This document shows positions 1 through 11,504 of a stretch of DNA of 64,000 nucleotides, one piece after another. Position 1 is the stretch's first letter. Each line of letters begins with the position of its first letter. The position numbers and the translations under genes were made by a program. Origin of the DNA: the human T2T-CHM13v2.0 reference genome, Homo sapiens; assembly GCF_009914755.1 (NCBI RefSeq), contig NC_060937.1; one strand, written 5' to 3'. The notes below the pieces were generated by a model, which saw nothing but the letters and a program-made list of their open reading frames with translations, was not told the origin of the DNA and ran no database searches.

Positions 1-540
1 AAGTGGCACAGTTTGATAACTCACCTGTCACACTCACTCTCCAGGAACAGCTGTGTAATCACTAAAGAACCTGAACTTCAAGACGCTGATATTTATGGCC
101 AGAATTCACAGTCACTTCTGCACTTTGCATACCTTGATGGAGACTTTTCTGGATATTTAAAGTCTGTAGGACCCTGCTGTTTGTGTATGAACCAAATCTA
201 TTTCTACCACCTGGTCAGAGCCTCCTGCCATGAGCTAGGCTATTCCAATGGGTCCTGTCTTCCATGAGTCATATAAGGTCAAGGCACATGATGACAAAGA
301 TTCTCTGCTTGACCAAACATCTAAACCTCCTAGGCCCATCTGAGCACTTTAGCAAGAACCCTGCTAAGTCAGCTTAACAAGCCTGCATACCTGATGCCCC
401 TCAATATCTGATCAGATTCATTATGCATCACCAGCCCCCAGGTGATGATTTCTGATTACCCTGGCCTGTCTTCAGCAAGAATCCTCTCAGGTGGGTTTAG
501 GCAGACTCCCACTCCTGTTGATGATATTTCCTCTTGGTAA

Positions 541-548
541 TTTTTCTC

Positions 549-612
<64 letters not shown>

Positions 613-706
613 TTCTTTCTCTTTCTTTCTTTCTCTCTCTCTTTCTTTCTCTCTCTCTCTCTCCTTCCTTTCTTCCTTCTTTTTTCTTTCCTTTTCATTT
701 TTTTTT
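541..706. repeat. (TTTC)n / CT-rich microsatellite, probably an expanded Alu A-tail
   Basis: Direct tandem TTTC array grading into (CT)n and (TTCC)n. Confidence 0.95.
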
Positions 707-825
707 AAGATGGAACGCCATCACCATGTTGGTCAGGCTGGTCTTGAACTCCTGACCTCAAGTGATCCACCCACCTCGGCCTCCCAAAGTGCTGAGATTA
801 CAGGTGTGAGCCACTGTGCCCAGCT
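707..825 (-). mobile_element. Alu left-arm/monomer fragment
   Basis: CACCATGTTGGTCAGGCTGGTCTTGAACTCCTGACCTCAAG...GTGAGCCACTGTGCCCAGC. Confidence 0.9.
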
Positions 826-968
826 GGGAATTTTTTTTATCCACTGGCCTCCACCCTCCTCCTTGGCTATAAATTCCAACTTGCCCATGCTGCATTTAGA
901 GTTGAACCCAATCTCTTCCCCACTGCAAAATCTCATTACTGTGATTCCTATACCTATCTTGAAGTGCT

Positions 969-1169
969 TTAGCAAGCGCCATTACATAATTTTTTTAGCA
1001 ATGACCAACTTAAAAAGCCACAGAAAGCATCGTTGATGGTTAATCCCTTAATCTCTGTTCCAACTTCATAACACAGAAAATCAACAGTGGAGAGACCTTG
1101 AAACATTAGGAAATCATTATTTCTCCCGTCTTTTTGTAAGAGATGAGGTATTCGTAATATTTCCAAGTC
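969..1169 (-). other. Candidate terminal exon, open in phase 0 (DLEILRIPHLLQKDGRNNDF...NGAC*)
   Basis: Acceptor ttggctctatgcag| followed by 66 open codons. The 3' end runs into the MER31 LTR. Confidence 0.25.
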
Positions 1170-1293
1170 CTGCATAGAGCCAACTCAACACAAAAACAGC
1201 AATTCTTGAAGGTCTACACAGAGAAGGCACTCCATAAATATTTGCAGGCCGACTTGTTCAAATGTGTTTTTAAGAGCACTGCAAAATGTATAC

Positions 1294-1485
1294 CTTGCTT
1301 TACTTGTAAATGTGTATTTTCTCTAAATATCCTCTTCTCATAGATATCCAGTCATTTTCAGTTGCCATCTGGTGCATAATTTCTGGCACAGGTGTGGGCT
1401 GCCCAGGTCTGCGGAGTGGAGAATTTATTGCAACAGTCGATGCTGCTATCCATTCAAGACAGAGGAAACATGTGATCAGTAAAGG
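1294..1485 (-). other. Candidate exon, 192 nt (PLLITCFLCLEW...KIHIYK*SK)
   Basis: Acceptor ttctggtttgttttatag| and donor AAG|gtatac. 61 open codons, then one TAA. Confidence 0.3.
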
Positions 1486-3539
1486 CTATAAAACAAACCA
1501 GAATGAAAGCCTTGAATTTTTCAGAAATGCCATGTTTAAAAGTGCTTCTTTAATAATTCAGAGGAGAAATATGTTTGTCTGGTAGCTGGGGTGATTTCAT
1601 GGGTGGATATATCTAGTCAAGGCCTAAAGAATGCAGTGGCCACATGCGGTTGTGACTGCATATTTTCACCCACACAACTGGGCTGTGTTCCTGAGACAGA
1701 TGCTGTTTTACACAGACATGGCTTAGTAGGTATTAGTCCTGGCAAATAGTTCCCAAAGCTGCAGAAGACATAAGGACCTAAATAGCCTAGAATAGTTCAT
1801 CCTAATTTAATCATAAACACAGTATAAAGTACTGTGTTTTATACTCCAAGACGTTACTTTTCTTTTTAAACAATAGCGGCCAGTCTAACTTCATCTGCTG
1901 GACCACTGTGTACATTCAGCTTGCCCCTCGGGTAGTGCTACCTCAGCCTGGTGGTCAAAGTCATTCTGCCTTCCCCACAGCTGCTGTCGTGAGGATTTGC
2001 TTCACATACACTTCTGATCCCTTTGTTCTTCCAAAAATCCTTGGAACTTCCCCACTGTGCATCCCAAGCAGGGATCCCTGTGATTGTCATGCAGGAAATA
2101 ATGGCGAGGAAGAAGTTACATGAGGCAGGAGATCCCCCATGCCCCCACCACCTGGGGCTTCTCTTCTCCCATATTTCCATAGCTAAAGTACAGGCTTTTC
2201 CAGCTAAAGTACAGGCTCATCTGTCAAATCTCTATCCCCCACACTAGGTCTCAACTCTTACAAAGCCTCCAGATATTCCTTCATTCTTACTTAGCTTCCC
2301 CAATTAGAGTCTAGGAAGTTCACTGAGCACAGGTGGCCTTGAAAGGATAGATAAGCATTACTCAGGACCCATCACCTACCTGTCTCATCTCCAACCAACG
2401 CACAGTCCTAGCCCCATGGGAACGACTCGAGCTGGGAGAGCCCATGCCCTCAGTATTTGTCAGGAACTGAGAGTCACTTGTTTGGCAGTCAGGCCTAGAT
2501 TCACAAATGAGCACATGTTCCTCAGACATGTTCTACAGGGCAGTGAATTTTACACATCAGGTAATTTATGGCTGAAATAGGGTTATGCAGGCTAGCCTGT
2601 GAAACTAAGAAAATAATGTCAGATGAATGAAGGTACACTAGATTGAAGAATTTGTTTTCTATCTTGACAGAAATTCAGCCAATGGCAATTTTTCTCTGTG
2701 GGAGCTTCTGAGTTCATGATAGTTGAAAGAATTAGAAGTGAGTTGACTCTTTAGAAGTTGTTCTCTAGAATAGGAAAACAGCAAGGGAAACAGAATCTAT
2801 TGTCTATCTTCCTAAAGATTCACAGCTAGAACAGCATCAAATGGGTTCCTCTGCCACATGGGCCCCAGCTTGCATGCTGCCTGTTTACATGTTACCATCT
2901 TGGAAGGAATGCCTATTATAGACAGTGGTAGTGAAAGCAGATAATAGAAAAAGATGTTCAGAGGATAAGTAGATGTCAGTATTAACACCTGAGGATATAT
3001 ATTTCTCCTCTCCACTCTGTGCCACTAAGAATTGACAGATTATGATTTTGTGAACGGACCGGAAAATTAAATATTCCCTATGTTTTTACACAATAATTTA
3101 TAAAGTTATTCTGTCCCTATCATGAATGAGCTAATTTGGAAAGAAATTATCTATCCAAGGATAATTAAGAGCTTACTACAAAAACAAAGAAACAAGATGA
3201 AAAAAAATACTATTAGGAAAGCAGCTAAGGCAAGTCCCAAATGCCTCTTTAATAAATTACATTCCCTTAAGAGGCAATAGACAATGAGTTATAGCATTAA
3301 ACTAAAGATAATGGCTTTTTCCTTTTTAACTTTCATTGTTAATTTTTAAGAAAATCAATAAATATCTAATAAATACTTTCTTCTTGGGCTGAGGAATGTT
3401 CCAAGTAGGAAGTCTTGTGTAGAAGTTTAATACTATTTATCAGGCATTCTTTACGAAAAAGAAACAAAATGTGGATCACAGTAAATATAATTAAGATGTG
3501 CTATATTTTTCTTTTTTTAATTGAAAGCAATGTTTTTAC

Positions 3540-4015
3540 AAAATAAACTTCACTTTTTAGAGCAGTTTTAGGTTCACAGCAAAATTAAGAGAAAGGTACG
3601 GACATTTCCCATATGGCACCTGCTCCACTCATGCACAGCACCCCCATCATCAACATAGCCCACTGTACCCTGGAGTGGTACATCTGTTACAAATAATGGA
3701 CCTCCACTGACACATCATTATTACACAAAGCCCATAGTGTACAGTAGGGTACACTGTTGGTGTTGTATATTCTATTGTATATTCATTTTGACAAATGTAG
3801 AATGACATGTATTCACCATTATAGTATCATACACAGTAGTTTCATTCCCCCAAAAATCTTCCATGTTCTGCCTATTTATCCTTCCTTCCACCTAACTCCA
3901 GCACTCACGGATTTTTTACTGTCTTCTTAATTTTGTCTTTTTCATGTATTAACAGTTGAAGTCATACAGTATGTAGCCTTTTCAGATTGCCTTATTTCCC
4001 TTGGTAATATGCATT
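3540..4015 (-). mobile_element. L1MC-type LINE-1 3' fragment
   Basis: TTTTAGAGCAGTTTTAGGTTCACAGCAAAATT...CATACAGTATGTAGCCTTTTCAGATTG. Confidence 0.8.
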
Positions 4016-4069
4016 ACCTTTTTATAAAGGCATTACAAAAGCTCTCTTGTGTATTGGTAGTGACAGACA

Positions 4070-4350
4070 GCATGGAGACCCAGACTTGAGTACTGGTTTT
4101 GCCCCCTTGGGCAAGTCACCTACCTTTGCTAGGCCTTGGTCTTCTCATTTGTAAATTCAGCATAACATGAATAGCTACCCTGGTAACTTTGCCATGTTGT
4201 GAAGGTCAGGTTTTTTCTCTAGAAAATTAAGGTAGTAATGCCTTGCAGGGCTGTTGTAAGGATGAAATAGGCAATGTGTGTGAGAGCTTAGCATTGTGCG
4301 TGGAACATATTCCATGTTCAATCATGGCAGTTAACAATGTTATTTTATTA
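4070..4350 (+). mobile_element. MIR fragments
   Basis: CCTTGGGCAAGTCACC...CTCATTTGTAAA and GGGCTGTTGTAAGGATGAAATAG. Confidence 0.7.
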
Positions 4351-4389
4351 TCACGTGTGCTGAATATTTTCCATTTGACTATCTGAAAC

Positions 4390-4690
4390 TACTCTCTGCT
4401 TTTTTCCACCTTGTTCTGTGGGGCACAGTTTCTAAAGAATGGATCAACTTAGCTCCTTTCCTCCTGACTTCTCCATGGATTCAGCCAGCAGGAAGTCCCA
4501 GGAGGAGGTTAGAAGATGGGAGGAGGAAGAAATTGGGTATTTATTCCCTGAGCCTCTTCTTTGAAAGGCAGAAGTTTGGTTGTGGCTGTATTTCTCTGTG
4601 AAGGTCAAAGATCTTGCTGAGCCACCAACACTTTAGAATTGTTGATTTACCTTAACCCTGCCCATATCTTGCTGAGTAATTTCTTAAATT
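4390..4690 (+). mobile_element. LTR33-like ERVL LTR remnant
   Basis: GGATTCAGCCAGCAGGAAG...GGGAGGAGGAAGAAATTGGGTATTTATTCCCTG resembles the LTR33 core. Confidence 0.55.
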
Positions 4691-5573
4691 ATCCCTTTCT
4701 AGGTAATTTTTAAAGTTTCTCTTGTTTACTGTCAGAAGGACACATGATGTTTGCCTTTCATATTTATTTGTAAAATTATTATTACCTTTTTACATTGTAA
4801 AGCAGACAAGGCATCATAAAATCAAGAACTATAAGCAACTGTATACAATCTTGCAAATTATTACTTAAAATCCTTCTATATCTAACACTGGTCAGGACTT
4901 ATGAAGGCCTACTTTCAGATTCAATTTTTAAAAAGTGAAAAAAATTTAAAAGATTCAAAAAAGTTATAAATATAATGAAAAGTTGTAAAACGTCTATAGA
5001 AAAGGTTGGTCAATTTTTTCCTCATTAAAAATATACCCCAAAATGCAACAACAACAACAAAACTCTGTATATTATTTTGAGCTTGGTAGAACAAAGGCAA
5101 TTTTCGAAACAAAGTGGATTGAATATTAGTAGCTGATGTTTTCTAGATGTGATTCCCACTCTTATGCCTCTTTTCTGGATCTCCGAACAGTGGGAGACAG
5201 ACTAACCCGACAGGGAGACTTTTAAACATAGTTCAAGGAGATTTGCATTTGCAGCATAAGTTTTTACTAAAAATGAAGAGATGAATTGAAGTATGTACAA
5301 TCCACTGCCATGGTTACAATGGACTAACCGTTTTACCTTCAGCAAGAGCATTTTTTTCTAATTTTATAAATATTAACAACTATATATGTTCTCATTACAA
5401 ATTTTCTCATGTTGTAATGAAACACTAGTTCATGCTAATGTTAAGTTTGAAAAAACAAACAAGAAAAATAGATAATTTGTGAACACAGTGCTGTTTTTAC
5501 CTTGGTGAATTACACCGTATGAACAGGGCAGGACACTCACACCAGGGGCATATGTAAGAAAACTAAAACTTAC

Positions 5574-5708
5574 TTTAGTTTTTGGTTGAGTTCCAGTTGA
5601 CATTTGGCTTGGCACACCATCAAGATTCTGGATGTTTGCAGTTTTAGTTCTACAAATTCCTTTCTTCTGATGATTTTTCTTAGGATTACTCTCCAGGTTT
5701 ATAGAATC
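5574..5708 (-). other. Best exon candidate: 135 nt, phase 0-0, fully open (DSINLESNPKKNHQKKGICRTKTANIQNLDGVPSQMSTGTQPKTK)
   Basis: Acceptor ttttttacag|GAT, near-consensus donor AAA|gtaagt, 45 codons with no stop, non-repeat sequence. Confidence 0.5.
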
Positions 5709-6049
5709 CTGTAAAAAAATTTTTTAAAGAGGTTTTTTTCATATATAAAGGACTATCCTTAGGCAATAGTTCAAGTTAATTAAAGACTGTTACATCAATA
5801 AAAATTTTTTTAAACTACAATCATTTTGAAAATTGACATAAAATGTAAGAATATTCTTAAATATTAATAATTTTTCCAAAGACATTTTTGGTTAGTGAGA
5901 TCAGCCCCAGTAAAGCCTAAGGACTTGATAATGTAAGTTTATAAACTAAAAGTGATTGTAAACTCTCAAGATAAATTATAGAACTATATTGGCATTTTTT
6001 AAAACTTTAAAAACAAAACCAGAGGTATTTTATGTATTTATTATAATCT

Positions 6050-6328
6050 TTTATTTTTTAATTGACAAATTAAAATTGTATATATTTATGGTGTACGATA
6101 TGATGTTTTAAAACATGTATACATTTTAAAATGGTTAAATCAAGCTAATTAACATATGCATGACCTCAAATACTTATTTTTGTGTGTGCGGTGGGACCAC
6201 TTAAAATCTACTCTCGGCAATTTTCAAGTATGCAGTATATTAGTATTGATTGTAGTCACCAGGTTGTGCAGTACATCTCCTGAATTTATTCCTCCTGCCT
6301 AACCAAAATTTTGTATTCTTTGATCACC
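6050..6328 (-). mobile_element. L1MA-type 3' end
   Basis: TAATTGACAAATTAAAATTGTATATATTTATGGTGTAC...CAAGCTAATTAACATATGCAT. Confidence 0.8.
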
Positions 6329-6367
6329 AAAAGTGTTTTATTTTAGTTTAGTTTTATTTCATGATTA

Positions 6368-6671
<304 letters not shown>

Positions 6672-7879
6672 TAAAACTGAAGTAATATTGAAAAACTGAA
6701 ATAATAAAACGATGTTCATATAGAGCCACAATGGTCTTTTAAGCCTTATGATTTCAGACCATATGTGGTAATAGTGGAGAACAATTTATAAGATTATATT
6801 TCTGAAGGTTAACTATGCAAATAAAATTATTTAAAAATATTAATATATTAGTATAAAGAGAATCCTAAAATTTCTAAATACAATAAAAGTTCTTTTCAAG
6901 AAAGTTGGATGAATTTTTATCAAATTGAAGTAATAAGTTTGTCTTTACTAATTCCTCCCATTGCTTGGAAGTCTTCCACATCTCTCTATGTCCAAGTTAT
7001 CTAGAAGCCTCTACTGCAATGTTCTGTCTTGGCATATTCCGTCTGGAGAAAGTATCAGATCTGCGGAAGCAGGAAAGGCTGGAGATGTAAATCTGTTATT
7101 TAACTAATTTTACTCATAGATTATCAGAGGTTGTTTTTGGTGGGAGGGGGAATGTAGAATAAACCTACTTGTACATGAATCTAGCACTGCCAAATACTAG
7201 CTACCTAACAGTGGACCTAAGTTCCTCAAATCTTAATTCGCCTGTAAAACAATACTTTTTGACATTTATTCAACACTTCCTTGTGCCTGGCAGATTTGGC
7301 ATCTGCCAGAATGTGAGTACACAGGAGCATGCCAAGTCTGATGAGAATTTTTAAATGTGCTGCTTAAAAATTATATTTCTCTTGCTTACGATGTTGCTTA
7401 TGATGACAATAACATGGTGATGATTATAGTAGCTAATATTTTCTGATAGTTACTGCTGTGTACTTTTTTTTTTTACAGGCGTGAGCCACTGTGGCCGGCA
7501 ATAATTGTCACAATTATTAAACCATCCTTATGCTTGTGAGAGCAACTGTGCTTGGCTGTGACATGCAATTCCTTTCAATTCTATTGAATTTTGTTAGCTG
7601 GTGTTTTTTTTGGTATTTTTGCAGCCATATTCATTTATGCCCTGTGTTAATTTTTTTTTCAAGAAGATATTAGTTTCATAAAATAAATATGGAAGCTATG
7701 AATCCTTACAAATAAGTTATATTTGTAATATGTAGCTGAGCACTTAGCACAGCAACTGAAACAGGGTGAACACTCAATACATATTTGTTAAATGAAGACC
7801 GAATTGCTTATTTCCATGGCTTTCTCTGCGTGCTTCTTCCCTAGGACCCTAAGTTTTAGTTGACTTTTGTAGCCACCAT

Positions 7880-8140
7880 ACCAAGAGAGCAAAAGAGTAG
7901 TTAGGAATGCCAGCTGTGGAGCTAGAGTTCTGGGTTCAAAGCCAGGCTCTGACACTTAACAAGCTACAGACTACAGACTACTTACTTTTTCTCTCTGTAC
8001 CTAAGTTCCCTCCTCTGTAAAACTAGAAGTGGTAATGCTTTGTACTCTCTGGACTGTAAGGAGTTTATAAGGGTAAAGCACTTTTAAAAGTGTGTGGCAC
8101 ATACTAAGTGAGGAGTTAATATTAACTATTATTATGTTAG
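7880..8140 (+). mobile_element. MIR
   Basis: CTGGGTTCAAAGCCAGGCTCTGACACTTA...GTTCCCTCCTCTGTAAAA...GGCACATACTAAG. Confidence 0.75.
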
Positions 8141-9494
8141 TACGTGACAGGTAAATTGATTAAAGAATAATGAAAATGTAAAGATAGAGAACAGGAAGAC
8201 AATACTTCCTGTGTCTCTGAGCTGTCCTGAGGATCATGTGACGTGAATTTTAAATAATGACAGTGGTTTGAAGTGTTGTTTTTAGAACCATTACAAATGG
8301 GGAGCCCCAGTGGTCAAAAGAAGAGAACTGTTTTGTTCTTTGACAAGAAAGCGACACAGCTAGAAAAATATTATTTATTAAGTTTTATTCCTTAGAATTT
8401 TTCTTTTATATTTTAGCCTCTTCTATATTATTTTAAATACATAGTTTTAAGGGTTTAATTTAATATCTTTGTATTGCAAAATAAGTGAACAAGAGTTTTC
8501 CATCAAACTTCATTCTTCTTGGAATGTAATCCCTGATTTTTCAAACTTTTTTTTTATGGGTCTTTATCCATTACTTACTTTTTGTAGTTCATATATTACT
8601 CAAACAATACCTCTTCCTTTGTTCCTTTCCCAGACCCCTTCCCCCACACAAAAAATTTAAAAATGCCATCCTTATAGTCATTCTGTAAGGTTGCTATGAA
8701 TAGGTAATAGTCTACTACAGTCAACTTTACTAATGTAATAAACATTACTGAATAGTTTCTACTATATACAATTGAGCAATAAAAGGAAATCAATTATGAA
8801 TTATAGAAAACCAATAATAAAGTTCTCCTCCTAATCTTTGCCCAAATTTCATATAAAGAGAACTTAGGAAAAAATTTCTGAGTTAAGATATTTATATGGA
8901 TGCAAATATAGCAAAGAATCAGGTGGTGGACTGTCCAAGCCAGGAGAAATAAAGAGTTGATTCCTTTATTCATCCTGTTCTGTTTAGAATAAAAGAAAAA
9001 AATAAAAATACAGATAGGTAACCCCTTTGTTTAAAAAATTCTAGGACATTTCTGAAATAATTATACAAATTTTAATTTTATATAATATTTAAAATTATAG
9101 CATGCTATTTTTAAATTTCCTGATTTGCAAAGAAGAATCTTACTCAGATGATTTGAAAACTAAGACCATCATGTTTAATTTTCTAGAGGAAGGCACATTT
9201 ATAAAGAAATATCCATATTTTAAAACATTTGGAATACTATTAAGAACCCGTTAACTGACCATTAATATCCAAAAGCCATAAGTAATGTAACACTAGTTTT
9301 TGGTCCCAAATATAAATGAAATTGGCTGAATGTCAGAGCCTAGCATAGACTGAAAGTTGTCTTTGACATTTATTCTTCAGGTAGTAGATTTGTCCTATAT
9401 CTCAACAAAGTAGTTTGTGTAATGAACCTCCAGAGAACATTCAAAACATGATGAAGTTTAAACACATATCAAAGTTTTCCCCAGCTAAGCTAAT

Positions 9495-9496
9495 AT

Positions 9497-9528
<32 letters not shown>

Positions 9529-9541
9529 ATATACAGATACA

Positions 9542-9587
<46 letters not shown>

Positions 9588-9591
9588 CATA

Positions 9592-9627
<36 letters not shown>
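9495..9627. repeat. Compound (TA)n/(CA)n/(TG)n microsatellite
   Basis: Directly visible dinucleotide arrays next to an Alu tail. Confidence 0.95.
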
Positions 9628-9628
<1 letters not shown>

Positions 9629-9629
9629 T

Positions 9630-9926
9630 CTTTTTTTTTTTTGAGATGCAGTCTCCTCTGTCACCCAGGCTGAAGTACAGTGACACAATCATAGCTCACT
9701 GCAACCTCAAACTCCTGGGCTCAAGCCATCCTCCAGCTTCAGTCTCCGATGTAGCTGAGACCGTAGGGTGTGCCACCATGGCTGGCCAACTTTTTTTTCT
9801 TTATTTTTGTAGAGATGAGGTCTCGCTATGTTACCCAGGCTGATCTCAAACGCCTGGCCTCAAGGGATCTCTTGTCTCAACCTCCTAAAGTCCTGGGTTT
9901 ACAGGCATCAGTCACCACACCCAGCC
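9630..9926 (-). mobile_element. AluJ
   Basis: Poly-T followed by a diverged dimeric Alu. Confidence 0.95.
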
Positions 9927-10372
9927 CTGAGCTAATATAATTTGTATTGAATTTATCTTTAAAAATGTTTCTAATCTCAGATCTTCCTATAACAGACGAA
10001 TTTATTTCTCCTGCTAAATTAGCAAGAAAGACACCACTGATTCCACATCTGAGAAATAAGAGGCCTTCCAGTTTTTCATACTTCCTAGTGCTGGTCACGA
10101 GATTTCTTTTTTTCATCATAGTAACGATCATCTTTTCAGTGCTTATATTTACTGTAATGAAAGTGGGCTGCTGCCTAAGTTCATATCATGATTCCTCTGC
10201 TTACTGTACAGGAAACCAGTAATAAAATTATCATTCTAATTTTTGCCAAAATTTCATGTAAAGAGGGTAACTTGTGACTTCAGCCAATTACTTAACCTCC
10301 CAATGCCTCTGCCATCTCATTGGAATAAATGGGGATACTAATAGTATTTATTCATAGGGTTTTATTTATTAC

Positions 10373-10497
10373 TTCCTGTTTTATTTTTTGGCTCATATTT
10401 TACACAAGATATTGACAGAACTTCAGGAAGCCAGAGATCTAACTGTGTTATATACTTTATGAGAGCCATGACTATGCTCTTTCTGATGGATTGAATA
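10373..10497 (-). other. Candidate exon (IQSIRKSIVMALIKYITQLDLWLPEVLSISCVKYEPKNKTG)
   Basis: Strong acceptor ttccttttttttgcag|, 41 open codons, weak donor GAA|gtaata. Confidence 0.3.
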
Positions 10498-10824
10498 CTG
10501 CAAAAAAAAGGAACCAGGGACCAAACATAACAGACTAAGACGAAAGTTAGTGCCCTGTTGATTGAATAACCCAAATATCTCTTCCAAATCCCATGATGTG
10601 ATCTGTTGAAGATGCATAGAAACTAACGGAATAAAGCATGAGATGTGAGAACACAGAAGAGTCATCATGATGTCCAGTTCTACTTAAAAATTACATATGG
10701 AACAAGCTTTTGTAGTTTCATGCCTTTATTTTTCACTTGTACATAGTTGATTTAGAAATCTGCATCTTGTTACTGAACCCAATGGTGTTACAACGAAGTA
10801 TATCTTTGGAGCCCTCAATTCCTG

Positions 10825-11330
10825 TCTCATTCATTCACTTATTCATTCATCCAGACAGCCAGTCATTCATTCATTCATATGCCAAGTGTTGTCCCAGGAC
10901 TGAGGAAACAAAAATAAATATAACATATTTTCCTCAAGACCTCTAAACTAAGGAGAAAGGGTCATATAGACAGATCTATCAAAAGGATTTAAGCCAAAGT
11001 ATGTACAAAACGATATGGGAAAACAGACAAAAAAAGCAAGTAATTCTGCTTAGGGGAAAAGGAAGTGTTCATAGAGGTGGTAACCTTTAAACTAAATTTA
11101 GCAGGAAGAATAGCAGTATTTCAGGGGATGGGAATCCAAAGGCATGAAAGCACAAAAACAATACAGCATGTTCAAAGAATAGTGAGGATTTTATCTGAGT
11201 CCATCCAATGATGCCTAGGGGGTACCGGTAGCAAATGATCTGTAGAAGGTAAATGGGGAACCCCGGATAAGAAACCACATATTAAGGAGTTTGAAATTTT
11301 GCTGTAGGTAATGGGAGCCCTGTGAAATTT
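10825..11330 (-). mobile_element. L2 3' region
   Basis: (CATT)n tail followed by TATGCCAAGTGTTGTCCCAGG and a purine-rich L2-like body. Confidence 0.65.
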
Positions 11331-11504
11331 TTTATTGATGTGTTTTACAATTGAGAAAATTAGAAAAGATAAGGAGCCTACATAAATATCAAAGAGTTAA
11401 AAAACATGCATAATAATTGCTGGTATCCCAACATTTTAAATTTAAACTTAATTCTCCCTTGCCTCTACTCATGTTTTTTTTTTTGGTGAATGCTTCTTCA
11501 ACAC

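Larger units (their letters stand above)
292..1000 (+). mobile_element. MER31-like ERV1 solo LTR, split by an Alu monomer and a (TTTC)n tract
   Basis: Starts TGACAAAGATTCTCTGCTTGACCAAAC and contains TAGCAAGAACCCTGCTAAGTCAG, resembling MER31. Resumes after ~825 with CCTTGGCTATAAATTCC. Confidence 0.65.

Noticed and set aside
456-1036. 181-aa hydrophobic ORF and K/R/E-rich ORFs
   Set aside because: These are translations of the (TTTC)n tract, the Alu and the LTR.
1340-1445. Alternative minus-strand frame HRLLQ*ILHSADLGSPHLCQKLCTRW, resembling the phosphodiesterase 'HxADxSNP...W' motif
   Set aside because: It is short, the frame contains several stops, and no other PDE motifs were found nearby. 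An HMMER search against the PDEase_I domain would be needed.
2181-2217. Short direct repeat AGCTAAAGTACAGGCT x2 (similar micro-duplications at ~46405-46470 and ~56635-56665)
   Set aside because: These are ordinary slippage duplications of two or three units, not a CRISPR-like array.
7287-7309. Hairpin CTGGCAGAT-ttggc-ATCTGCCAG
   Set aside because: A 9-bp stem within an L2-like fragment is too short for a pre-miRNA and is expected by chance.
9415-9843. YI-repeat ORFs
   Set aside because: These are translations of (TA)n plus Alu.
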